Part shown: positions 19,795 through 29,717 of the stretch, piece after piece
Layout: each line of letters opens with the position of its first letter
Numbering within the stretch: position 1 is the stretch's first letter
Assembly (NCBI GenBank): GCA_016218725.1
Contig: JACRDB010000064.1
Coordinates: 898-64,897, forward strand
Length of the DNA stretch: 64,000 nucleotides
Direction: 5' to 3'
DNA from: Deltaproteobacteria bacterium
GTDB lineage: Bacteria; Myxococcota_A; Polyangia; Polyangiales; Ga0077539
The notes under the pieces: generated by a model
What the model was told of the DNA's origin: nothing
Seen by the model: only the letters and a program-made list of their open reading frames with translations
Database searches by the model: none
Program-made: the position numbers and the translations under genes

Positions 19795-20508
19795 ATGGCC
19801 GCTGGACACACGACCTGGACGGTGCTGCCCCACGGGCCCCTGGAGGCGCTCGCGGAGAACCTCTGGAGGGTCACCGGGTCCCTGCCGGGGATGGCCATGA
19901 AGCGGGTGATGACCGTGGCGCGCTACGCCGACGGCGGGCTGCTGGTGCACAACGCGATCGCGCTGGACGAGGCGGGGATGAAGGCCCTGGAGGCGCTCGG
20001 GCCGGTGCGGGCGCTGGTGGTCCCGTCGGGCTACCACCGGCTTGACGCGGGGACCTTCAAGGCGCGATATCCCGAGGCGAGGGTGTACTGCCCTCGGGGT
20101 GTCACCGGGGACGTGGCGAAGGTGGTCGCGGTGGACGGGGCCTACGAGGACGCGCCCCGGGATGACACCATGTGGCTGGAGCGCCTGGAGGGGGTGGGTG
20201 ACCGGGAGGGCGCGCTCCAGGTTCGCTCGCGCGACGGGGCCACGGTGGTGCTCAACGACCTGGTGTTCAACATGGCGCACGGCGCGGGGCTCTATGGCTT
20301 CGTGCTGCGGTACGTGACGGCCTCCACGGGAGGGCCTTGGGTGTCCCGGGTGGGGCGGTGGTTCCTGGTGAAGGACCGGGAAGCCGTGCGGCGGGAGCTC
20401 CTGCGCCTCTCCCAGGTGGAGGGGCTGCGGCGGGTGCTCGTGGCCCACGAGGACGTGATCGCCGAGGACCCCTCCGGGGCGCTCAGGGCCGTGGCGGCGA
20501 CGCTGTAG
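19795..20508 (+). CDS. Hypothetical protein, DUF4336-like (MBL-related fold)
   Basis: ENLWRV, MTVARYADGGLLVHNAI, VVPSGYHRLD, VLNDLVFN and RVLVAHED resemble this family. Confidence 0.7.
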   Translation: MAAGHTTWTVLPHGPLEALAENLWRVTGSLPGMAMKRVMTVARYADGGLLVHNAIALDEAGMKALEALGPVRALVVPSGYHRLDAGTFKARYPEARVYCPRGVTGDVAKVVAVDGAYEDAPRDDTMWLERLEGVGDREGALQVRSRDGATVVLNDLVFNMAHGAGLYGFVLRYVTASTGGPWVSRVGRWFLVKDREAVRRELLRLSQVEGLRRVLVAHEDVIAEDPSGALRAVAATL

Positions 20509-20554
20509 CCGTGCGCTGGACACCCTTCTCGGGCCCGTGCGACGCTCCAGGGCG

Positions 20555-20860
20555 ATGAAGCCATCCCTTCGACTCCCGGCGGCGCTGGTGTGTTCGGTGG
20601 TCACCGTGACCGCCCTGGGGTGCAGCAGCCCTCAGCCCACGGACGCCTCGGCGCAGGACACCGCGGTCCTGGACACGACCACCACGGACACCGCGCCCGT
20701 GGACACGGCCTCGGCGGACGTGTGCCCGGACCCCATGAAGTGCTACTCGTCCTTTGTGCCCGACGATGCGGGCGGGGCCTTCGTGGTGTACATCCGTAGG
20801 GACGGAGGCACCAGCGACGTGCCCTGCCCGCCGGTGCCGCCGCAGTGCCCGGTGGCTTGA
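20555..20860 (+). CDS. Small lipoprotein (101 aa) with DT-rich linker
   Basis: ATG at 20555, lipobox ALGC, four further Cys in the C-terminal half. Confidence 0.7.
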   Translation: MKPSLRLPAALVCSVVTVTALGCSSPQPTDASAQDTAVLDTTTTDTAPVDTASADVCPDPMKCYSSFVPDDAGGAFVVYIRRDGGTSDVPCPPVPPQCPVA

Positions 20861-20914
20861 TAGCGCGGGCGGGCGCTCCGGTCGGAGCGCGCTTGAGAGG
20901 GATGCCCCGAAGCG

Positions 20915-20934
20915 TTGTTACCGCGCGGTAACAA
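20915..20934. promoter_or_regulatory. Perfect 20-bp palindrome TTGTTACCGCGCGGTAACAA in a convergent intergenic region
   Basis: Directly visible and AT-rich against the GC background. Function unknown (protein-binding site or hairpin). Confidence 0.5.
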
Positions 20935-20978
20935 TCACCGGGAGGGTCGACTTTTCCAGGCATTTCCTGTGTGGAGCC

Positions 20979-22478
20979 TCACCCCCGGCGGCGCAGGGTG
21001 TTGCGTCCGATCCCGAGGCTCCGCGCCGCCTGCGAGCGGTTGCCCCCGAGGGCCCCGAGGGTGGCCTGGACATAGCGCCGGGAGGCCTCCTCCAGGGTGA
21101 GGCCCAGCGGGAGGGCCACCGCCGGGGCTTCCATTGACGAGGCCTCTCGGAGCACCGCCTCGCCGAGACCGAGGTGCTCCGGGGCGATCACGTCGCCGGG
21201 GCAGAGCACCACCGCGCGCTCCACGGCGTGCTCGAGCTCCCTGACGTTGCCGGGCCAGCGGTGGGCCCTGAGCGCCGCCAGGGCCGAGGCCCCGAGGCTC
21301 ATCCCCGGGCGGTCGAAGCGTCGCGAGAAGACCTCCAGGAAGTGCCTCGCCAGGCCCTCGACCTCGGCGCCTCCGCGCTCGCGCAGGGACGGGAGGCGCA
21401 GCTCCACCACGCGGAGGCGGTAGTACAGATCTTCGCGAAAGTGACCCTTTTCGACCTGTGAGGCGAGGTCCCGGTGCGTGGCCGCGAGCACCCTTGCGTC
21501 CGCCCGGAGCGTGGCGCGGCCGCCCACGCGCTCGTAGACGCGGTCCTGGAGGAAGCGCAGGAGCCTCGCCTGGGTGCGCAGGGAGAGCTCCGCCACCTCG
21601 TCCAGGAAGAGGGTGCCCCCGTGGGCCAGCTCGACCTTGCCGGACACGCGCCGGTCGGCGCCGGTGTAGGCCCCGCGCTCGTGGCCGAAGAGCTCGCTCT
21701 CGACGAGGGCCTCCGGGAGCGTGGTGCAGTCCACGGTGATGAAGGGCGCGTCGCGCCGGGCTCCATTGGCGTGGATGGCGCGGGCGATGAGCCCCTTGCC
21801 GGTGCCGGTCTCTCCCCCGAGGAGCACGGTGACGTCCCTGGCGGCGGCGCGGGAGACGAGCTCGTAGACGCGCTTCATGGGCCCCGAGGCGCCCACGATG
21901 TGGTTGAACACCCCGCGGACGTTGACGCCTCGGGCGCTGTCCGGGGAGGGCCTGAGGGTGGTGCGCTCCAGGGCCTGGGCGACCTGGCCCGCGAGGGCCT
22001 GGAGGAAGGCCTCGTCCTCCTGGGAGAAGGCGCCGTCGACCTTGTTGAGCACCTCCAGGACGGCGCGGGTGGCGCGCTGGTGGTCCCGCACGGGCGCCGC
22101 GAGGATGGTCCGTGTGTGGAAGCCCGTCTGGCGGTCGACGCCCGAGAAATACCGAGGGTCCGCGGTGGTGTCCCGGACATTGACCACCTCGCCGGTGTCG
22201 GCCACGAAGCCCGCGAGGCCCGTCCCTGGCGGTAACCTGAGCTCGGGCAGCTCGGGCAGGTCGGCCACCCGCGAGCGGAGCTCTCCCGTGGAGCCATCCA
22301 CCAGGAACACCGTGGCCCTCTCGGCGCGAAGGGCCGTGGCGACGCGGGACCCGATGAGGGCCAGGAGCGCGTCCAGGTCCACCTCCTGGGCCAGCATGGC
22401 GCCGAGGTCCAGGAGCAGCGAGAGCTTGTGGTCGCGCTCGGCCAAGGGCTCCAACGCTAGCACGAGCGCGCGGTGCAC
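20979..22478 (-). CDS. GAF-domain sigma-54-dependent Fis-family activator
   Basis: GAF domain with [16 protein letters not shown]+ domain with [14 protein letters not shown] and FLDEV, plus [10 protein letters not shown]-terminal [15 protein letters not shown]. Confidence 0.93.
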   Translation of the reverse strand: MHRALVLALEPLAERDHKLSLLLDLGAMLAQEVDLDALLALIGSRVATALRAERATVFLVDGSTGELRSRVADLPELPELRLPPGTGLAGFVADTGEVVNVRDTTADPRYFSGVDRQTGFHTRTILAAPVRDHQRATRAVLEVLNKVDGAFSQEDEAFLQALAGQVAQALERTTLRPSPDSARGVNVRGVFNHIVGASGPMKRVYELVSRAAARDVTVLLGGETGTGKGLIARAIHANGARRDAPFITVDCTTLPEALVESELFGHERGAYTGADRRVSGKVELAHGGTLFLDEVAELSLRTQARLLRFLQDRVYERVGGRATLRADARVLAATHRDLASQVEKGHFREDLYYRLRVVELRLPSLRERGGAEVEGLARHFLEVFSRRFDRPGMSLGASALAALRAHRWPGNVRELEHAVERAVVLCPGDVIAPEHLGLGEAVLREASSMEAPAVALPLGLTLEEASRRYVQATLGALGGNRSQAARSLGIGRNTLRRRG

Positions 22479-22483
22479 GGCGC

Positions 22484-23332
<849 letters not shown>

Positions 23333-23368
23333 CGGTGGTCTCCCTGCGGTTGGTGAGGTCGCAGCTCC

Positions 23369-23384
23369 AGCAAGGACGGGGCCG
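23369..23384 (-). promoter_or_regulatory. Candidate sigma-54 (-24/-12) promoter of the MBL/GAF-activator operon
   Basis: Minus strand CGGCCCCGTCCTTGCT has GG-N10-GC spacing and a perfect TTGCT. It lies 36 nt upstream of the start at 23332. Confidence 0.55.
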
Positions 23385-23395
23385 CCCCGACAGAT

Positions 23396-23425
23396 GGCAT
23401 AAAATACAATAATTTCAACAAGTTA
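23396..23425. promoter_or_regulatory. Candidate IHF-binding site
   Basis: TTTCAACAAGTTA (23413-23425) matches WATCAANNNNTTR at 12/13 positions. It is preceded by an A-rich tract and is the most AT-rich patch I noticed in the window. Confidence 0.6.
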
Positions 23426-23496
23426 CGGCTGTCTCCAGGAGGTGCTGGTCCAGGGTGGACCAGCGGGAATGGAGCACCTGGTCTGGAATGGTGCAC

Positions 23497-24408
23497 CTAG
23501 CGGTAAAGCACCACGGCTTCCGCGGGACTTCCCTGGGAAGGGACGACCAGGACGTCTTCGTAGGTGGGTGTGCGCAGCGCGGGCGGCGCATCGAGCGCCC
23601 CGAGGTCGCGCTCGAAGCCCCGGAGGTCGATCCCGGGGAGGAGCCTCACGCCGTCCTCCAGGGGAGAGAAGAAGCTGTCGTGGTGGGACGGCACGACCAG
23701 CGACGGGCGGAGCGCCCCGAGCACCCGCCGGACGTACTCGCGGGTGCCGCGGCGCCCGGCGAGGCCAAGGAGCACGACGTCCGCGGAGAGGCCCTGGAGC
23801 TCGGCGTCCACGAGGTTGGCGCTGCCGTTGTGGTAGACGCTCCGGCCTTCCAGGGTGACGTGGATGCCGAAGGCACCGCCCATACGGTAATGCCAAACGC
23901 GCGCGGGCACCGAAGGCGGAGCGTCCACGGTGCCGGGGAAGGGCACCCTCCCGGCCACGATGAGCCCGTGGAGGCTAGGCACGAAGCGCACCGTGGCGGC
24001 GCCCACGGAGAAGGTCGCGCCCTGAGGAGGCACCTCGCGGAGCTGGGCCTCGGGGACGCCCTCGGCGCGGGCGAACTGCAGCGCCGAGCGTGAGCCCACC
24101 AGGAGGGCGCCGGTCTCGCGGGCGATGGTGGGCGCGTCCAGCAGGTGGTCGTAGTGGCTGTGCCCGACGAGGATCGCGTCGACCCTTGGTGGGAGGTGCT
24201 GGCGCCAGCGCTCGGGCGTGGGGCGGAGCCGGCGGAGGGCCGTGGTCAGGAGCCCCGAGCGCGTCAGGAAGGGGTCGAAGAGGAGCGTGACGCCCGCGCC
24301 CTCGAGGACGTGCCCGGCGGTGCCTAGCCACCGTAGCCGCAGGCCCTGAGGGTTCCCGGTGGCGCGAGGGCGGTGCTCGGGGCGAGGGCGGAACGCGAAG
24401 GGCGACAT
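23497..24408 (-). CDS. MBL-fold metallo-hydrolase (UlaG-like)
   Basis: LRWLGTAG, LFDPFLTR, VGHSHYDH, SLHG, VVPSHHD. Confidence 0.88.
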   Translation of the reverse strand: MSPFAFRPRPEHRPRATGNPQGLRLRWLGTAGHVLEGAGVTLLFDPFLTRSGLLTTALRRLRPTPERWRQHLPPRVDAILVGHSHYDHLLDAPTIARETGALLVGSRSALQFARAEGVPEAQLREVPPQGATFSVGAATVRFVPSLHGLIVAGRVPFPGTVDAPPSVPARVWHYRMGGAFGIHVTLEGRSVYHNGSANLVDAELQGLSADVVLLGLAGRRGTREYVRRVLGALRPSLVVPSHHDSFFSPLEDGVRLLPGIDLRGFERDLGALDAPPALRTPTYEDVLVVPSQGSPAEAVVLYR

Positions 24409-24422
24409 CGCCCGTCAGGGTA

Positions 24423-25421
24423 TCACTGCGCGACCTGCACCGGTGGAGGCGCCGCCTGCTGCGCGATCTGGGCGGTGGTCACCGAGTTCACGGTGGTCAG
24501 GCGGCAATTCCCGGCGGGGTCAAAGCGCACCGCGGCGAGGGTCCAGAAGTCGTTGCCGCGGTTGCCCTGGGAGCTGTCCCCGCGGAGGTCCCGTTCGAAG
24601 CGGGCGACGCGCTGATCGCCGCAGTACACCAGGGCGATGGCGCGCGTGGCGTCGTGAGACCCGTGGGACGAGTAGTAGTGCACGCCGATCACGTAGTCAC
24701 GGTCCGTCGAGGGCTCGTCGATGCGGATGTTCTCGGGACCCTCGCCGTCGGTGTCGTCGGTGTCGAGCCAGCGCTGCGGGGGCTCGCGGCCGAGGCCCAC
24801 GTCCGGGCGGCGGTTGGCGTAGTAGCAGTCGCCCGGGGTGAACCACCGGGGGTCCGTGCTCTGCGTGAGGTGCAGGTCCACGTCCGTGTTGGCGGTGTTC
24901 CACGAGAGCTCCACCCGCAGGCCGTGGGGGCGCAGGACCACGGGGACCTCGCAAGAGGCCTCGCGCCCCAGGGCGTCCCGCGCCACGGCCTGCACCGTGT
25001 AGCTGCCAACAATCACCGACGTAAAGGGCGTGCTCTCTCCGAGGGCCACCACGGCGTCCGTGTCGCCGGGGTCAAAGCGCTCGGCGAAGCGGTAGAGCCG
25101 CGCCTCCGGGGCTGCCAGCACCTCCCAGCGTACGCGGGTGTCCACGCCCCGGACGACGGCAAACAGACGCACGGGCTGCCCGGCCGGTGCGCTGGCGGCG
25201 GCGGGGCACTGGATCGTCGGAGGCGGGCACCCCCCAGGGCTGATGAGGTCGCAGTTGGGCCCCGCGGCCACCTGGAGGGGCACCGCCGTGGGGGCCGGGC
25301 TGCCCGTCGTGGGGAGCGAGGGCTCCGTGGGATAGAAGGTCACCCTCGTCTGGGTGGTGAGCTGCGGCGCGCAGGCCACCAGGAACAGGGGCCACAGTCG
25401 GCAGAGCATGGGGGTGTTCAT
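24423..25421 (-). CDS. Lipoprotein with YfaP/DUF2135-like domain
   Basis: Lipobox LVAC (alternative start 25409). LRVELSWNTANTDVDLHL, CYYAN, LDTDDTDGEGPENI, GVHYY. Confidence 0.75.
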   Translation of the reverse strand: MNTPMLCRLWPLFLVACAPQLTTQTRVTFYPTEPSLPTTGSPAPTAVPLQVAAGPNCDLISPGGCPPPTIQCPAAASAPAGQPVRLFAVVRGVDTRVRWEVLAAPEARLYRFAERFDPGDTDAVVALGESTPFTSVIVGSYTVQAVARDALGREASCEVPVVLRPHGLRVELSWNTANTDVDLHLTQSTDPRWFTPGDCYYANRRPDVGLGREPPQRWLDTDDTDGEGPENIRIDEPSTDRDYVIGVHYYSSHGSHDATRAIALVYCGDQRVARFERDLRGDSSQGNRGNDFWTLAAVRFDPAGNCRLTTVNSVTTAQIAQQAAPPPVQVAQ

Positions 25422-25497
25422 CGACCCAGAGAACGCACGCGTTCCTTTGTGGCTTACACCCGAGGGGCAGGTCGCCTACGGTGCCTTCCCCCGGACC

Positions 25498-26748
25498 ATG
25501 AGCACCCCCCCAGCCCTCGCCGTGACGCGCGCCCAGGCGCGGCGCTTCCTCGTGGCGCGCCATGGCCTGGCGCCGCCCAGGAGCCTCGCGCCGCAGCCCG
25601 CGTCCGTACTGGAGGTGGTCCGGCGCTTCGGGAGCCTGCAGTTCGACCCCGTGGAGAGCCCCGGGGCCCGCAACCACGAGCTGGTGCTCCACGCGCGCAT
25701 CCAGGGCTACCGCCGGGGCTGGTGCGAGCAGCACCTCTATGGTCCGCCGGGGACGCGAACGCTCTTCGAGGCGTACAACAAGGCCCTGAACATATTGCCG
25801 GTCAGTGAGCTCTCCGCGCACCGCATGGCCTGGGAGCGCGGCCAGGAGCGCCACAAAGATGGGCTCTTTCGCACGCACCGGGCCCTCGTGGACAAGGTGT
25901 TGGACACGATCCGTCGCGAGGGACCCGTGAGCGCCAGGGCGGTGTCGGACACGCACCACCAGGCCGTGGCCTGGCACTGGGCCCCCACGCGCGAGGGTCG
26001 CGCGGCGCTCGAGGCCCTCTTCGAGGCCGGGGTCCTGGGGATCGCCAGAAGAGATGGAAATCACAGGCATTTCGACCTCCAGGAGCGGCTCCTGCCGGGG
26101 GCCCTCGCGGAGCCCCCGTGGCCTCGGCCTCGGTGCGTCGCCCACCGCCTGCACTCCCGCTATCGCGCCGTGGGGCTCCTTGGCGCGACGGGCGCCGCGG
26201 AGGTCTTTGCCTCCCTGGGAGGCGCCGAGCCCCGGCGGGAGGCCCTGGCCACGCTCCTCGGGGAGGGGAGGCTCCTGCCCGTCGCGCTGGAGGGCGACCG
26301 GAGGCTTCGGTATGTGCTTGCGGAAGAGCGCGACCTCCTGGAGCGCTCGATGGCTCCGCTGGATCCTGGCGCCCGGGGGGTGGCCTTCCTGGCGCCGCTG
26401 GACCCTCTCCTCTGGGACCGGGGGCTCTTGGAGGTCCTCTGGGGCTTCGCCTACCGCTGGGAGCTCTACACCCCCGAGGAGAAGCGCTCCCATGGCGCCT
26501 ACGTGCTCCCGATCCTCTGGGGCGAGCGCCTCGTCGGGAGGCTTGAGCCTCGCCTGGACCGCGAGAAGTCCTCGGTCTCCCTCCGCGGGCTGTGGTTTGA
26601 AGAGGGCTTCGATCCCCTTACCGAGGAGGGCTTCGCGGAGGCCTTCCGTCAAGCCCTTGACGCCTGGAGGCGCTTTCTGGGCGCCTTGGGGGTGCGGCGC
26701 CCGAGGGGGCGCCTGGGGCGCCTTTTCGACGGCCTGCCAAGGGTGTAG
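25498..26748 (+). CDS. YcaQ/AlkZ-like (HTH_42) DNA crosslink-repair glycosylase family
   Basis: SLQFDPV (QxD motif), ELVLHARI, LAPLDPLLWDR, FAYRWELYTPEEKR, YVLPIL. Start chosen at the ATG at 25498. Confidence 0.85.
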   Translation: MSTPPALAVTRAQARRFLVARHGLAPPRSLAPQPASVLEVVRRFGSLQFDPVESPGARNHELVLHARIQGYRRGWCEQHLYGPPGTRTLFEAYNKALNILPVSELSAHRMAWERGQERHKDGLFRTHRALVDKVLDTIRREGPVSARAVSDTHHQAVAWHWAPTREGRAALEALFEAGVLGIARRDGNHRHFDLQERLLPGALAEPPWPRPRCVAHRLHSRYRAVGLLGATGAAEVFASLGGAEPRREALATLLGEGRLLPVALEGDRRLRYVLAEERDLLERSMAPLDPGARGVAFLAPLDPLLWDRGLLEVLWGFAYRWELYTPEEKRSHGAYVLPILWGERLVGRLEPRLDREKSSVSLRGLWFEEGFDPLTEEGFAEAFRQALDAWRRFLGALGVRRPRGRLGRLFDGLPRV

Positions 26749-26778
26749 AACGGCCCCCCAGGTTCCGAGGGAGGCGCC

Positions 26779-27297
26779 ATGTCCACATTCGCTCCGTGTC
26801 CGTCCTGCTCGCGTCACGTCCGCGTGACTGAAGCCCAGTGCCCCTTCTGCGAGGTGGCCATCGACGCGCTCCCCGCGCCGCCGGGGGTGCCCGGGCGGAG
26901 GCTCTCGCGCGCGGCGCTCTTCGCCTTCGCGGCCTCCGTGGGCGTGGCCGGGTGCCGTTCGACCAGCACCCCGGACTCGGGCACCGCCACCAACGTGCCC
27001 AACGAAGCCGACGCCATGAGCATGGTGGCCCTCTACGGCGCGCCGATGCCCACGGACCTCGACGCCAGCGCCGTCATGGCCACACCCACCGCCACCCCGG
27101 ACGCAACCCCCGCGCAGACCGCGGACAGCGCACTATCTGATGACACCAGCGCCACGCAGGACGCACCTGCGGACTCTGCGCCGCAGGACGCTTCGCCCCG
27201 GCGCCCGCGGCGTCCACCCCGCACCGGCGTGTCTCTGCCAGTGACCACGATACAGGTACGCTACGGCGCTCCGCCCGCACCTGATGCGTGGAGCTGA
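26779..27297 (+). CDS. Zn-ribbon-containing putative lipoprotein with two YGAP motifs
   Basis: CPSC-x10-CPFC, hydrophobic segment ending VAGC, motifs VALYGAP and VRYGAPP. RBS GGGAGG upstream. Confidence 0.8.
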   Translation: MSTFAPCPSCSRHVRVTEAQCPFCEVAIDALPAPPGVPGRRLSRAALFAFAASVGVAGCRSTSTPDSGTATNVPNEADAMSMVALYGAPMPTDLDASAVMATPTATPDATPAQTADSALSDDTSATQDAPADSAPQDASPRRPRRPPRTGVSLPVTTIQVRYGAPPAPDAWS

Positions 27298-27405
27298 AGA
27301 GAGAAAAACGCACGGGGGGTGCATTTCATTCCCGGATGCGCTGGCGATTTGTCCGTTTCTCCCTGTAGGCTCTTTCTCACCACCCCACCACCAGGGAGGT
27401 CCGCG

Positions 27406-29436
27406 ATGAAGGGCCAACGTTTGTGGGTCGTCGTTGCCGCGGCTATTGCCGTGGCGGGCTGTTCGGATCCGTCTGTGGAGCCATCGGGAGGAGCCTTGGG
27501 GCTACTTCCCGGGGTGGACCCACAGGCGACGAATATTCCCTCGGGGGAGGAGCGGTCGGCCATCGAGTTCGGGCGGGACCATGAGCGCCCGCTACCGCCA
27601 GGGCACTGGCACCACCACCGGCCGGACGCCGCGGTGCCCGGAGACGCCTCGGAGGTGCCGCCGCCGGAGCGGGGCTGCAACGACGACGCGGACTGCGGCG
27701 CCGGGCGCACGTGCCTCGCGGGGCGCTGCGTGAGCGACCCGTGCCTGCGCCGCAGCGGCGTGTGCGCCGGCGGGACCACCTGCCGGGCCACCTGCGTGCG
27801 CTTGAGGGACCCCTGCGAGGGGATCCAGTGCATGGGCGGCCAGACCTGCGTCGAGGGCCGGTGCATCCCCGGGTGCTACCAGCTCCCGTGCAGCGGGATC
27901 TCCTGCCCCACGGGGGATTTCTGCGACCCGTCCTCGGGGCGGTGCATGGGCATCCGGTCCTGCGGGAGGGGCTGCCCGGACGGCTTCGCGTGTCACTTCG
28001 CGTGCGACCCGCCGGACCGCTGCGCGGGCGTGCGGTGCCCTGACGGCCAGGTGTGCCTCGGCGGGCGGTGTGTGGCCAACCCCTGCGCGGGCGTGACGTG
28101 CCGCGACGGCGAGGCGTGTGACAACGGCCGCTGCGTGGCCACCTGCGGCGGCGGGGGCTGCGTGGACTGCCGCCCGCCGGCGCGCTGCGTCCATGGGCGC
28201 TGCATCCCGTGTGTGCCGCACTGCCCGGTGGGGGTGGGCTGCGGCATCGCGGACGGCTGCGGCGGCGTGTGCACGGGCGGCACCGCGGTGGCGTGCCCGG
28301 CGGGCACCGTGTGCCAGACCTCGTGCGTGCGCACCACGGACCCCTGTGACGGGGTGGTGTGCCCGAGCCTGCACACCTGCCAGGACGGTCGGTGCATCCC
28401 CGGCTGCTTCCACGTCCCCTGCCAGGGGGTGCGGTGCCCGACGGGTCAGTACTGCGACACCGCGTCGGAGATGTGCAGGACGCTCCTGCCGTGCTCGTCG
28501 CCGTGCCCCACGGGGGAGACGTGCGCGGTCACCTGCCGCGAGCCTGACGCCTGCGCGGGCGTCCGCTGCGAGGCCGACGAGCGCTGCGAGCGAGGCCGCT
28601 GCGTGAGGGACCCCTGCGCCTCGGTGACGTGTCCGGCCGGGGAGGTGTGCCTGGAGGGCCGGTGCCGCCCGACCTGCGACTGCCGCCGGTGTCCGAGCGG
28701 CACGCGCTGCGAGTACAACGAGTGCTCGACGTGTCGCCCGCGCTGCGCGGCGACATCGGCCTGCGGGACCCCCGACGGCTGCGGGGGCTACTGCAACGGG
28801 CCTTGCGCCTCCGGGCAGCGCTGCGTGGACGGGGCGTGCTGCGCGCCCCGGTGTCCTGCGGGCATGGCCTGCGGGGGCCCGGACGGCTGCGGGGGCCGCT
28901 GCGCGGGCTCCTGCGGCGCGGGTGAGACCTGCCGCGAGGGCCGGTGCGTGTGCGCGCCCCGGTGCCCTGCGGGCGGCGCGTGCGGCGCGCCGGACGGCTG
29001 CGGCGGGCGCTGCAACGGCGCGTGTGAGGGCGGGGCCACCTGCCGCGGGGGGCTCTGCGTGTGCACGCCCCGCTGCAACGCCGACGCGCCCTGCGGGGGC
29101 CCGGACGGCTGCGGAGGCGTGTGCCACGGCGCGTGTCCGGCCGGGAGGACCTGCACCTCGGGCCGGTGCGTGTGCGCGCCCCACTGCCCGCTGGGGGTCG
29201 CCTGCGGGACTCCGGACGGCTGCGGCGGGACGTGTGCGGGCTCCTGCCCCGAGGGCCAGAGCTGCACCGGGGGCCGCTGCGTGGGCGCCCCGGCGTGCCC
29301 CGGGGGCTGCCCCTGCGGGCACACGTGCTCGGGTGGTCGGTGTGTCCCGCTGTGCCCGCCAGGGCACAGCACCTGCGGCTGCTCGGCGTGTTGTCGCCCG
29401 GGCACCCACTGCGCCGCCGGCGTCTGCGTGAATTGA
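27406..29436 (+). CDS. Cys-rich repeat lipoprotein (676 aa)
   Basis: RBS GGGAGG, ATG at 27406, lipobox VAGC. Five tandem CxPxC..CGxPDGCGGxCxGxC repeats plus one variant. Confidence 0.85.
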   Translation: MKGQRLWVVVAAAIAVAGCSDPSVEPSGGALGLLPGVDPQATNIPSGEERSAIEFGRDHERPLPPGHWHHHRPDAAVPGDASEVPPPERGCNDDADCGAGRTCLAGRCVSDPCLRRSGVCAGGTTCRATCVRLRDPCEGIQCMGGQTCVEGRCIPGCYQLPCSGISCPTGDFCDPSSGRCMGIRSCGRGCPDGFACHFACDPPDRCAGVRCPDGQVCLGGRCVANPCAGVTCRDGEACDNGRCVATCGGGGCVDCRPPARCVHGRCIPCVPHCPVGVGCGIADGCGGVCTGGTAVACPAGTVCQTSCVRTTDPCDGVVCPSLHTCQDGRCIPGCFHVPCQGVRCPTGQYCDTASEMCRTLLPCSSPCPTGETCAVTCREPDACAGVRCEADERCERGRCVRDPCASVTCPAGEVCLEGRCRPTCDCRRCPSGTRCEYNECSTCRPRCAATSACGTPDGCGGYCNGPCASGQRCVDGACCAPRCPAGMACGGPDGCGGRCAGSCGAGETCREGRCVCAPRCPAGGACGAPDGCGGRCNGACEGGATCRGGLCVCTPRCNADAPCGGPDGCGGVCHGACPAGRTCTSGRCVCAPHCPLGVACGTPDGCGGTCAGSCPEGQSCTGGRCVGAPACPGGCPCGHTCSGGRCVPLCPPGHSTCGCSACCRPGTHCAAGVCVN

Positions 29437-29438
29437 AT

Positions 29439-29542
29439 AGGTGACCGTCCTCGGCGAGGGTGGACCCCGTTGGGTAACCGCCCTCGGTGCGGGTGAGCGC
29501 CGTTGGGTGACCGTCCACGATGCGGCCCACCGGCCCGTTGGG
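29439..29542. repeat. Degenerate ~33-bp tandem repeat, about 3 copies, intergenic
   Basis: Units start at 29439, 29472 and 29505 with consensus GGTRACCGYCCWCG...CCGTT; a partial unit starts at 29540. Confidence 0.6.
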
Positions 29543-29717
29543 CCGGCCTGTACACGAATGCCAGCCCCCTGCCGGGGGGCGCTCACGTGAGCGCGTAGGC
29601 ACCGGCGTAGCAAGGGTTTGGAGCGTTGCCGGATTCGGCTCCAGCATCACGTCCGCGACGTTGCGACGACGAGCGGCGAGGAATCCACCTCCCTCGGCGA
29701 AACCGCCCTCCGCGACC

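Noticed and set aside
29439-29542. Possible CRISPR array
   Set aside because: The units are contiguous, degenerate and lack unique spacers, and I recognised no cas genes.
29579-29594. parS site (core TCACGTGA)
   Set aside because: The flanks are GCGC rather than the TGTT/AACA required by the parS consensus.
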